Under the pieces are notes generated by a model. That model ran no database searches. It worked only from the letters and a program-made list of their open reading frames with translations, and was not told the origin of the DNA. Shown piece by piece: positions 26,418-35,700 of a stretch of DNA of 64,000 nt. Origin of the DNA: Akkermansia sp. (GTDB taxonomy: Bacteria > Verrucomicrobiota > Verrucomicrobiia > Verrucomicrobiales > Akkermansiaceae). How positions within the stretch are numbered: the stretch's first letter is position 1; the number at the start of each line of letters is the position of its first letter. The translations under genes and the position numbers were made by a program. The DNA lies in assembly GCA_045635265.1 (NCBI GenBank), contig JAZRBU010000028.1, positions 29,019-93,018 of the forward strand, in the 5' to 3' direction.

Positions 26418-27548
26418 TTACTCCTTCGCCAGCTCACCCCACACACGCTTCTGATAACGATACGACTTAGCCGTCAGGCAACCTCCGCTCAGGAACATGA
26501 GCCCCCAGCACGTCAGAAACAGAGGAACAGCGAAAAGATTGACGAGACTCAGCGCATGAGCCTCCTCCGGAGCATCCGCAAAATAGAGCAGCACGGTTTC
26601 CCTGCCTTTGGGATTATTCTGAAAAAGCTCGGCGTCCTTTACCTCCCGGCAATAGCGCCGACCATCCGCAACGGTATATTCGTAAATGGGGCGATATGCG
26701 TCCCCGTCCTTCTCCGCACGGACCACTTTCCCAACTGTTCGCTCGGCTTTCACAAAATACTCCAGAGGCTCTTCCGCCAGCGAAATCCCGGCATACAGGG
26801 CAAGCGTTCCGCCAACTATCATTACCACGGAAATTACACCCCAACATTTCTCCGGCGGTTGCACACTGGAGCGTGGGTCTGCCCAACTCAGGCTGCGGGA
26901 ATGCTCCGCATCCATCCGTGGAGGGAAAGCTGCTGCCGTCGTCTGCAGAGCCTCCAGCACAGACCCCATATCGGCCAAATTAAGGAAACCCAATCGAGGA
27001 CGCCTACCAAATGCATCCGGAGCGGTGTTCTCGTATGCCAGCACAATATCACCGCGGCCTCCTTTCCGCTCCACAATCTCCACCACCATATTAGATGCCA
27101 ACGGATATAGCGTCATCTCCCAACCCGGCAGCGGCAGCCTGCTCTTCGCCACCACAGCATGCCGATTCGTCACGGCATAAAATGTTCGCCGACGATTCCC
27201 CACCGTCAGCACAGGTATCAACAAAGTCAGACCGACCAAGAGCATGCAAAAGGAGGCAATCAGGTAGCCCACGGCATCCACCTCCTGGCTACCCAGGGAC
27301 ACCAGTATGAAGATTCCGGAAAACATAGACATGACCAACGTCAGCAGAATCCAGTGCTGCAGCGCTTTCTTCTCCGGAATACACCGCGGGCGAACATACC
27401 AACGCACGGCCTCACCGTCCGACAATACAGACCTCAGAGCTACCTTTTCTCCCTCTCCTAAGACTTGTGTTGACATGGTAGATTCCTTGTTTTTCTGCCT
27501 CAATTCTCTCATCGGAATCAGAGCATCATCTCCGGACTCCGCACTCAT
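26418..27548 (-). CDS. Membrane protein, paralogue family member 2, with DUF3592-like C-terminal module
   Basis: N-terminal half parallels 11222..12064 (RRRTFYAVTNRHAVVAK, GRGDIVL). C-terminal TM-beta-TM unit VGKVVRAEKDGDAYRPIYEYTVADGRRY. The start codon is uncertain because there are several in-frame Met codons. Confidence 0.6.
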   Translation of the reverse strand: MSAESGDDALIPMRELRQKNKESTMSTQVLGEGEKVALRSVLSDGEAVRWYVRPRCIPEKKALQHWILLTLVMSMFSGIFILVSLGSQEVDAVGYLIASFCMLLVGLTLLIPVLTVGNRRRTFYAVTNRHAVVAKSRLPLPGWEMTLYPLASNMVVEIVERKGGRGDIVLAYENTAPDAFGRRPRLGFLNLADMGSVLEALQTTAAAFPPRMDAEHSRSLSWADPRSSVQPPEKCWGVISVVMIVGGTLALYAGISLAEEPLEYFVKAERTVGKVVRAEKDGDAYRPIYEYTVADGRRYCREVKDAELFQNNPKGRETVLLYFADAPEEAHALSLVNLFAVPLFLTCWGLMFLSGGCLTAKSYRYQKRVWGELAKE

Positions 27549-27931
27549 CCGCCCCCATTCTATGCCCTTTCAGACCGCCTTGCAAGCCAAAATCTCACTA
27601 CTCAATTTAGAAGCCTCCACCACTTCACTCCCGGATAAAAACTGACTTTTTGCCGGCAATCAACATTTCTCCCGAAACACCTTTTTCCACACCTCATTTT
27701 TCTATCAATAATTCACCCGCTGCAGAAATTAAATTTCCGGGCAGACACATTCCATCCTCCTCATATCATTCCAAACTCCGGCCACCGGATTCGATGTTAG
27801 TCTACCCCCAATCAATTCTTCTTATCATATCAGCATTTCTGAATTACGCACTGTTAATTATTATTGTCCATTTTCCTATTTTTTCATATTTTTACTCCCA
27901 TCTTTTTATTTTGTTTCAATAACTGCTACGT

Positions 27932-27946
27932 TTTCTAAACTTATAA
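27932..27946 (+). repeat. 15-nt direct repeat copy 1 (tttctaaacttataa)
   Basis: An exact copy recurs at 28238-28252, 306 bp away, within the ORF-poor AT-rich spacer. Confidence 0.8.
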
Positions 27947-28237
27947 AACACCCACTCCCTTTCGGCATCAAAACAAGGCTTATTTTTACCTCATGTCAAA
28001 ATCCCACACCACCGCAGGTTCATTTTTCACCCAACATCTCAGCACCATTCTGCAGGAACGCCCAATTGCTCATTTTAAACTCTCAAACTAACGTCTCTGA
28101 GCATCTCTACATACTTGCTTTCCCTTAAGCGTCTCTTTTCACTAAGAATTTCTTCAGACTTGTAATTTATTCTATTTATTGCATATAGATTAAACTCTGC
28201 AATATGCCCGTTTGTTTAATTTTCGCACTTGTTATCG

Positions 28238-28252
28238 TTTCTAAACTTATAA
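28238..28252 (+). repeat. 15-nt direct repeat copy 2 (tttctaaacttataa)
   Basis: Exact match to 27932-27946. Confidence 0.8.
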
Positions 28253-28769
28253 TCAACAGTCTCCATTTCAATCTGCACACAGAGAAAAGATGACGCCTTC
28301 GTGAAGGATTACCCACCGCTCCAAAAGCCATCTTTTCGGGCTTCAAAACCACAAAAACGAGACTTTCTCAAGCCAAATTACCCCCGCAAAACACCGTATT
28401 TTCTCCTCATCAAAAAGAAGATTCCACTCAAAAATAATGAAAATATCGCAAAATTCGGATTTTTATCATGAATATCATCTTTTTTAGCATTAAATTGATA
28501 TTCTTGAGCCTATTTTTTCTTTTGTTCATCACATTTCCTCTATCGGCAGAGTTAGATAGTTTTGCACTCTGAGAAATTGCTACGACGTTCGCTCTTTCAT
28601 CCCTATCATTAGTGGCAAAGCAGCGTTCTTCTTTAGCGACACACACACAGCGCATTTATCCTCATATAATGCACAAAACAGCCGCTAAACAGCGACAATT
28701 CGCCATGATTTCCAGGCTCGCACTAGAAGCACTGAATATCAGCCATTTACAATAAAACGCCGCAAGAAG

Positions 28770-28829
28770 CGCGAGAATCGCATATTCCGTACAAAAGTAC
28801 GGGCGCGTTTCAAATTTTCGATTCTCGCG
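28770..28829 (-). terminator. Nested hairpin downstream of the 249-aa gene
   Basis: An 11-bp perfect inverted repeat, cgcgagaatcg (28770-28780) with cgattctcgcg (28819-28829), encloses an inner hairpin ccgtac-aaaa-gtacgg (28787-28802). Confidence 0.5.
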
Positions 28830-28834
28830 GCACT

Positions 28835-29584
28835 TTAAATTCCGCTTTTTCGCTTTTGTGTGGGTTTCTTCTTGGACTTTTTCACGGGTTTGGATTCTTC
28901 CCGCGTCTCCTCATCCGAAGCGTCTGACGGAGACACGAGCTCCAGCAATTCCTTGTAGGAAGCCAGAACAGCCGGGCCAACCCATTCATTGCCACTGTAA
29001 CTACCCGTGCCGATTTCTTTCATGTTCCCGGTTTGCGCATCCATCATCGTAATAGCACCATTGGCATATTTGAAATAGGCCAGAGGTTTTCCGGAGGCAT
29101 TGACCGCCCGCAAATCGTACGTACCATAGCTGTACTCCTTGCCACGGGCATCCTTTTGAAAGAGCGCCTCGCGAGCCTTGGCGTGATAGATATTCACAAC
29201 GGGGCAAGGAATACTGCCGCTGGCGGCAGAGCCTCGTGACTTCCCCTTCTTCTTATTTTTCCCGGATTTGCCCTCATTTCCATTCTGCTCAGGAGGGAAA
29301 TCGAGATACAGGACAAGAGCTGCACCGCTGCGCTCTATCTCCTCATGCGTCGGAATCAGCGGGGCACAGACTTCGCCCAACCTATCCTTCACATTATACC
29401 CCAGATAGCACAGGAAAAAGACCTTGGCTTTGCGGTCATATTTGGGGGTATTGATGACATATCCCTTACCGCGCCGCCCCGCCTCTATCATCCCGGAAAC
29501 GGAAGGAGACGCAGCTTGCAAAGGCACCGACAGACAGGTCAGAAGCCCCAGAAAAATACAGCAGAATTTCAGATATTGATACAT
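28835..29584 (-). CDS. Hypothetical secreted protein with Lys-rich loops/tail
   Basis: Signal peptide MYQYLKFCCIFLGLLTCLSVPLQA. No recognisable domain. Last gene of the DUF4143 ATPase operon. Confidence 0.55.
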   Translation of the reverse strand: MYQYLKFCCIFLGLLTCLSVPLQAASPSVSGMIEAGRRGKGYVINTPKYDRKAKVFFLCYLGYNVKDRLGEVCAPLIPTHEEIERSGAALVLYLDFPPEQNGNEGKSGKNKKKGKSRGSAASGSIPCPVVNIYHAKAREALFQKDARGKEYSYGTYDLRAVNASGKPLAYFKYANGAITMMDAQTGNMKEIGTGSYSGNEWVGPAVLASYKELLELVSPSDASDEETREESKPVKKSKKKPTQKRKSGI

Positions 29585-29613
29585 ATTATTATCAGGTACG
29601 ATAGTGTTTATTA

Positions 29614-30171
29614 TTACAACTCACGAAAGAACTTTTCCACGGGCTCCATGGGAATGTCAGCAGGCATATTGCCGATATCCTGCACCTCGCCGGTCTCAAA
29701 ATTGAAATAATGAAGGGCACCGGATTGCTGGCGCAGGTAGAGCTCCGTGGGGTACTTCTTCCAGCCGGCAGTACCTCCCTGAAACCCGATACAGGTATAC
29801 CACGGCTCATAGTACCCCTGCCCATCATCCCCGGGCAGCCCCTCGGTCGGGCTTACTTGGACACTATAAAAAAGCGTATCGTCGATATGATATGTACGCA
29901 TATACCAGCGGCGAGTCCCATCACAGTATAGCGTTTTTGTGCTGAAAAAGGAGCTGATGATACTCCCCAGAACAACCAGACAAATCACCCCAAAACACCC
30001 CAGAGAACAGCCATGAGAGCACCCGCTCTTCTTCCCCTGCAGGCGCATTTTTATCAACGCTCGTCCTATGATGACCAGCACCACTACTGCCGCAACAGGC
30101 ATCACATAAGGAGCAATTTCGTACCACATATTATCAAGCACAAAAGGTTTGTTCCGACGCTGTTTCCTCAC
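29614..30171 (-). CDS. Hypothetical 2-TM membrane protein
   Basis: The GTG at 30171 overlaps the ATPase stop (GTGA). An alternative ATG lies at 30129. Two hydrophobic helices are followed by an aromatic-rich soluble part. Confidence 0.5.
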   Translation of the reverse strand: MRKQRRNKPFVLDNMWYEIAPYVMPVAAVVVLVIIGRALIKMRLQGKKSGCSHGCSLGCFGVICLVVLGSIISSFFSTKTLYCDGTRRWYMRTYHIDDTLFYSVQVSPTEGLPGDDGQGYYEPWYTCIGFQGGTAGWKKYPTELYLRQQSGALHYFNFETGEVQDIGNMPADIPMEPVEKFFREL

Positions 30172-31400
30172 ATAGCGGATATCGGGAATGCCTTATGCCC
30201 TTTACCGATGGAGAACATCTCCCTTGCGGTACAGAGAACGACACCCGGCTGCATTTCGGCATTACCGGTGGGGATGCCGCCCACCGCTTTTAAATCAGCC
30301 GATGTCGGACTGCTGCTCCGCTTGACTTCCATGGGATAGATTTTCCCGCTGTGTTCAAGCAGGAAGTCCACTTCGGCTCCATTGCTGTCCCGATAGTAGC
30401 TCAGCCGAGAACGCAGCCCGCGGCTGCCCAGAGCCCGATATAATTGCCCGAACACCCAGGTTTCCAGGATAGCTCCACTCATGGCTCCGCTTTGCAAAGA
30501 GGCCGGAGTAGGCCAGCTGCAAAGCCACGCACAAAGGCCGGTATCCATGAAATATAGCTTGGGGGATTTGCTCAAGCGCTTAATCGTATTGATTGAATAT
30601 GGCTGCAGCAGAGTGACGATACCACTTGCTTCCAGAATACTTACCCAGCTTTTTGCCGTCTTGGGAGAAATCCCGGCATCCTTTGCCAAATCAGCATACA
30701 CCAGTTGCTGCCCGGTTCGCGCGGCGGCAGATTGCATGAGCACCATAAACGCATTTTTGTCACTTACCTGAGTCAATGCCTGAACATCTCTCTCCAGATA
30801 CGTTTGCAGATAGGAATCAAAATATTGGTCTACATTTCGATTGAGATCCCGGTGCAGTGCCGGATAGCCCCCGCGCCAGATGCGTGCATAGAGTTCATTG
30901 ATATCGCACGAACGACGCGCCGGCATCAATTCCGTCAGACGCTCGAGCGTGGGAAAAAAGTCGGCCTCGTTGCTTGTACGGGTTATTTCGCGCTGGGAGA
31001 GAGTGCAAAGCTCCAGAATCCCCACTCGCCCGGCCAGGCTTTCACTCACCCCCTTCATCATGTGAAACCGCTGGGAACCGGTCAGCCAATACATGCCCGG
31101 GCGGTCTTCCTTATCCACCATCCACTTGATAGCTCTCAACAGTTCCGGTGCATACTGCACCTCATCGATACAGAGCGGTGTCCCCTTCTCTTCAAGATAC
31201 CCGATAGGATCATTTTTGGCCTGTCGTAGCTCTCGAAAATCATCGAGATTAACATAATTCATATCCCCGGGCATGATTTGCTTCAACATCGTCGATTTGC
31301 CCACCTGCCGAGCACCGGTTATCAGCACGCATGGAAAACTGCGGCTCATTTCCTCAACCGTAGAGAGTGCTTTTCTGGGAATGTATTCGTTCTCGTTCAT
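30168..31400 (-). CDS. AAA ATPase with DUF4143-type C-terminal domain
   Basis: Walker A ITGARQVGKST and Walker B LCIDEVQY. About 410 aa, with the usual AAA_14 + DUF4143 layout (YFMDTGL..., EVDFLLE...). Confidence 0.75.
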   Translation of the reverse strand: MNENEYIPRKALSTVEEMSRSFPCVLITGARQVGKSTMLKQIMPGDMNYVNLDDFRELRQAKNDPIGYLEEKGTPLCIDEVQYAPELLRAIKWMVDKEDRPGMYWLTGSQRFHMMKGVSESLAGRVGILELCTLSQREITRTSNEADFFPTLERLTELMPARRSCDINELYARIWRGGYPALHRDLNRNVDQYFDSYLQTYLERDVQALTQVSDKNAFMVLMQSAAARTGQQLVYADLAKDAGISPKTAKSWVSILEASGIVTLLQPYSINTIKRLSKSPKLYFMDTGLCAWLCSWPTPASLQSGAMSGAILETWVFGQLYRALGSRGLRSRLSYYRDSNGAEVDFLLEHSGKIYPMEVKRSSSPTSADLKAVGGIPTGNAEMQPGVVLCTAREMFSIGKGHKAFPISAM

Positions 31401-31460
31401 CTTCCTGTCCCATTCTGCCCCCGCCCGCAGAAATTGTCAAGCAAAATGAACTCCGCTTCT

Positions 31461-31493
31461 ATGCAAAACAGGAATCGGATTCCCGTTTTGCAT
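31461..31493. promoter_or_regulatory. 33-bp palindromic operator-like site 1 upstream of the DUF4143 ATPase gene
   Basis: atgcaaaacaggaatc-g-gattcccgttttgcat, with arms matching 15/16. Confidence 0.6.
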
Positions 31494-31522
31494 AAAATTT
31501 TACCAAATTGACCCTCTTTTTT

Positions 31523-31555
31523 ATGTAATAATGGAATTAGATTCCCGTTTTGCAT
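31523..31555. promoter_or_regulatory. 33-bp operator-like site 2 (degenerate left arm, identical right arm)
   Basis: atgtaataatggaatt-a-gattcccgttttgcat. The 21-nt stretch gattcccgttttgcataaaat is identical to site 1. Centres are 62 bp apart. Confidence 0.55.
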
Positions 31556-31572
31556 AAAATAAACCAAGTCAT

Positions 31573-32559
31573 TCAGCTTAAATTCCAGTACGCCTTGGCC
31601 TGCTTCACCTGTGGCAGATTCAGGTAGCGGCTCAGGAGCAAATTGGCACTGCGGTGCCCCATCTCCAACTGCAGCGCTCCCAAATTCTGAAAATACGCCG
31701 CATGATAGCTGGCAAAAGTGTGGCGACACACATCCGGCACCCACTGCCCGGGTGCAAATCCGGCTGCGCGTCTCAGCCGCCTCCAGCGGTTTTCCCAGTT
31801 ACCGGGAATGCGCAGCGGCACCCCGCGCAGCTTCCCTTTATTACGCAGCGGCACGGCACGCCCGCCGCCGGTCTTACTGCTACTCGCCGGAACAATCACC
31901 CTGCCCTGCTGCGGTTGAATATGCGTAGTCTCCAACCGCGCCACCTCCTGCGGTCGCAGCCCGCAATACAGCAACAAATGCAGCGATAACTGCATGTCGC
32001 GATGCTGCGGCATCTTGGCGGCAGCCTCCAAGCGCTTGATTTCTTCCGCGCCAAGAGGCTTGATTTCCTGCTCCCTCACCCGGCGGCATTCTATGCGTGA
32101 CACGGGATTTTCGCTACACCACTCCTGCTTTTGCCCATAAGAAAAAATGCTGTGCAGAATCGCCCTGCCCTTGTTATAGCTATGCACACTTCCACCGAAA
32201 GCCGTCTGCAACAGCTCCCGACACTCACGGCTAGACATCGCCCGCAGCGGTCGCTCCGCTACACCTTCCACCCGCAGCATTCGCCGCACAAAATGCCGCA
32301 AATCCCGCAGCGTCACCGCCCTCCGCCCCGCCCGAGCCTGCACACTCGCCCAAGCTGCCGTCTCAAAAGAAACCGTATGCTCCTCTGCCCTGATTGCCGC
32401 CACCCCCGCATGCAACACCCGCCGCATCAACCGCATCATTTCTCCCCTCTCCATCCCGGCACACCTCTCCCCCAGCTCCTCCGCCGCCTCCATCACTAGG
32501 CGGGATATATCGTTGAGATTCAGTGGTAACTCCTTAATTATTTCTTTTGCTGTTTTCAT
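31573..32559 (-). CDS. Tyrosine recombinase/integrase
   Basis: Trimmed to MKTAKEII (ATG at 32559). Catalytic pattern: R in GLRPQEVARL, CRHTFASY, and MGHRSANLLLSRYL (H...Y). Confidence 0.85.
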   Translation of the reverse strand: MKTAKEIIKELPLNLNDISRLVMEAAEELGERCAGMERGEMMRLMRRVLHAGVAAIRAEEHTVSFETAAWASVQARAGRRAVTLRDLRHFVRRMLRVEGVAERPLRAMSSRECRELLQTAFGGSVHSYNKGRAILHSIFSYGQKQEWCSENPVSRIECRRVREQEIKPLGAEEIKRLEAAAKMPQHRDMQLSLHLLLYCGLRPQEVARLETTHIQPQQGRVIVPASSSKTGGGRAVPLRNKGKLRGVPLRIPGNWENRWRRLRRAAGFAPGQWVPDVCRHTFASYHAAYFQNLGALQLEMGHRSANLLLSRYLNLPQVKQAKAYWNLS

Positions 32560-32576
32560 AGTTTTGGTAGGTGGTT

Positions 32577-32593
32577 CAGCATTTTTAATGCTG
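32577..32593. promoter_or_regulatory. 17-nt palindrome CAGCATT-N3-AATGCTG in the integrase leader
   Basis: cagcatttttaatgctg. Read on the minus strand it is identical to 32734-32750. It ends 17 nt from the integrase ATG. Confidence 0.6.
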
Positions 32594-32733
32594 GTCAAGC
32601 AGAAAAATCTGTTTTGCACTCTTAAATGCTGAAAAAAACACAATACTATGTGCACAGTGCTGGTTCAAGATAAATCAAGTCGATTGCACTTCATGCCCGT
32701 TTTATAAACAAGTCATAAATGTACAGGTTCATA

Positions 32734-32750
32734 CAGCATTAAAAATGCTG
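32734..32750. promoter_or_regulatory. 17-nt palindrome CAGCATT-N3-AATGCTG in the RM-gene leader
   Basis: cagcattaaaaatgctg, 14 nt upstream of the GTG start at 32765. An extra half-site aatgctg lies at 32625-32631. Confidence 0.6.
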
Positions 32751-32764
32751 ATAAATAGAGCCAT

Positions 32765-35700
32765 GTGAAATCCACTCTCCGTACCCTACTTGATTCCATA
32801 CGCGAAGCTACCCAACAAACATCTGAAGCTGATAAAGGGCACCGTTTTGAGGTACTCATGAAGCGGTATCTGCTGACTGACCCCACCTATAAGGCTCGAT
32901 TCTCAGATGTCTGGCTCTGGAATGAATGGCCCTATGCCAAAGGTCACGATGTGGGTATTGATATCGTGGCCAAAGAGGCTGATTCTGACCGTTACGTAGC
33001 CATACAGTGCAAATTTTATGAGCCTACACACCTGATGAGACTCCCTGATGTGCAGACTTTCTTCGCGGCTCTCAATGCCACCATCAATACTGAGTACAGC
33101 AAAAAGGACTCATTCGTACAAGGCATCATCATTGCCACGACTGACCATTGGAATGTAGTTCTGCTCAATAAATTGTATCAACAACACATTCCCTGCCAAC
33201 ACATCGGACTCTCTGACCTGGAAGAAGCCGCCGTGGACTGGTCTACCATTCTCAAAGGACAAGGTGAAATCGCAAAGTATCAGCCCCGCCCCCATCAGCG
33301 TGAAGCCATTGATGCCGTATTGGAGGGGTTCATGACTACTGACCGTGGTAAACTCATCATGGCCTGCGGTACCGGTAAGACTTTCACGGCTCTCCGACTG
33401 ATGGAAGAATTCACAGGTGGTAAGGGTTGTGTCCTGTTTCTTGCTCCGAGCATTGCCCTCGTTGCCCAAAGTCTGCGTGAATGGATGGCTCAAACAACTT
33501 GCAAAATCCATCCCATTGCCGTGTGTTCTGATGGTGAAGCATCCTCCATTGATGACTTGGTGGATTTGTCTGCTCGTGACCTCCCTGCGAGAGCTACCAC
33601 AGACCCCACGACTATTGCTCAACTGTATGCCAGATTCAAGGATAGCCATCTGACTGTTATTTTCTCCACATATCAGTCCATAGAGAAATTACATGAGGCT
33701 CAAAAGATCGGTGCATTGCCGGAATTTGACCTCTGCATCTGTGATGAAGCCCACCGCACGACAGGTGTTTCCCTCTATGATGAGAAGAAGGGTAAGCACC
33801 ATGAATCTCACTTCACCAAAATTCACAAGCAGGACTACATCGCATGCCGTAAGCGAGTCTACATGACTGCCACGCCGAAGATTTATGCCGAATCTGCGCG
33901 ACAAAAAGCAAAGGATACCAATGCAGAACTGGCTTCAATGAATGACCGTTCCTACTTTGGGGATGAATACTTCCGTCTGCCCTTCTCCCGTGCTGTTCGC
34001 GAGGGTCTGCTCACCGATTATAAAGTGCTGGTGCTCTGCGTTGATGAGGATTACGTAAAGGACATCATGGGGGAGCAACTCCAACAGGATGAAACAGGCG
34101 CCATTGAACTGGATGATGCCGTGCGACTTGTTGGCTGTTATAACGGACTGCGTAAAAAAGTCTTGTTGCCCGCCAATGCTGCTGCAGGTAATGCTGATTC
34201 CTACGACCCATCTCTCCCCGAACTACTTTCTCACGATGAGGACTTCCTTACCTCTGACCCGGGGCCGATGAAACGTGCGGTATCCTTTGCCAATGTCATC
34301 AAGGCTTCCAAGAATTATACCGAGATGTGGGGTAAGGTTGTGAATGCCATCCGCAAGGATGAAGAGGACGATTCTTCTTTCCTTGATAGCGAGATGCAGC
34401 ATGTGGATGGCAACATGGACATGGGAGAACGCGCGGCTCTGCTCTCGTGGCTCAAAGGTAATGCAGGAACAAACGCCAATCATGGTGTACCCGAATGTCG
34501 TATTCTCTCCAATGCTCGCTGCTTGTCAGAAGGTGTGGATGTTCCGTCTCTGGATGCGGTCATGTTCCTTGCACCTCGTAAATCGCAGGTGGATGTGGTG
34601 CAGTCCGTGGGGCGAGTGATGCGAATTGCTCAGGGTAAGAAGTTCGGTTACATCATTCTGCCCATCGGTATATCTCCCAGGGATAAGCCCGAAGAAGTGC
34701 TGGATAAGGATGAGAAGTATCGTGTGGTTTGGGATGTTCTGCAAGCTCTCCGCTCACACGACGACCGCTTCAACGCTGAAATCAACTCCATTGAACTCAA
34801 CAAGGGCCGAGGTAAACGTATCGTAGTAGGTGGTGTTACCGGGAAAAAGGGCAAGAAGCGCAACCCGAAAAAGAAGGATGGTTATGATGAATACGAGGAG
34901 GATGTACTCGTTGCCAAAGAAGGCGATGACAAACAGCTTTCCTTTGATTTTGACTTTGAGAAAGAATTACCCGCATGGACGGATGGTATCCTCGTCCGCA
35001 CCGTTCAGAAGTGCGGCGACAGGCGTTATTGGGAGGATTGGGCAAAGAACATCGCCAAGATTGCAGAAAAGCAGACAGCGGCTATCAACACACTTCTGGA
35101 TAAGGGTATTGGTTTGGCGGAGTTCCAACTCTTCCTGTCAGGTCTGCGAGAAAACACGAACCCTGCCATTACCGAGGCTGATGCCATTGAAATGTTGGCA
35201 CAGCAATTCATCTCCCGACCTGTGTTCAATGCGCTCTTTGAGAAGTATCAGTTCGCAGAGAACAATCCTGTCTCCAAGACCATGAACGACATGCTGGACA
35301 TCGTGCAGCAGAACACCGATGCCAATGACTTGCGAGAACTACGCCGCTTCTATGATTCAGTGAAAGACCGAGCCCAGAGCATTGATAACGCTGCCGGGCG
35401 TCAGCAGGTGGTCGTAGAACTTTACGACAAGTTCTTCAAGCAAGCATTCCCCAAGTTGGCCGAGAAACTGGGTATCGTTTACACCCCCATCCCTGTGGTA
35501 GACTTCATCGTGCATTCCGTCCACAAGGTGCTGCAACAGGAATTCGGGGTCAAAGATGGTCTGGGGGCCCGTGGTGTAAAGATTCTTGACCCCTTTACAG
35601 GAACAGGCACATTCATCGTCCGCGCCATCCAGAGCGGCCTTATCAAACGCAGCCAACTGCCTTACAAGTATCGTAACGAACTCTTTGCCTGTGAAATTGT

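Noticed and set aside
27650-28655. Small ORFs 27650..27922 (+) and 28428..28655 (-) in the AT-rich spacer
   Set aside because: Their translations are low-complexity and Ile/Phe/Lys-rich, as expected from AT-rich non-coding DNA. The first lacks an ATG start. Nothing supports them as genes.
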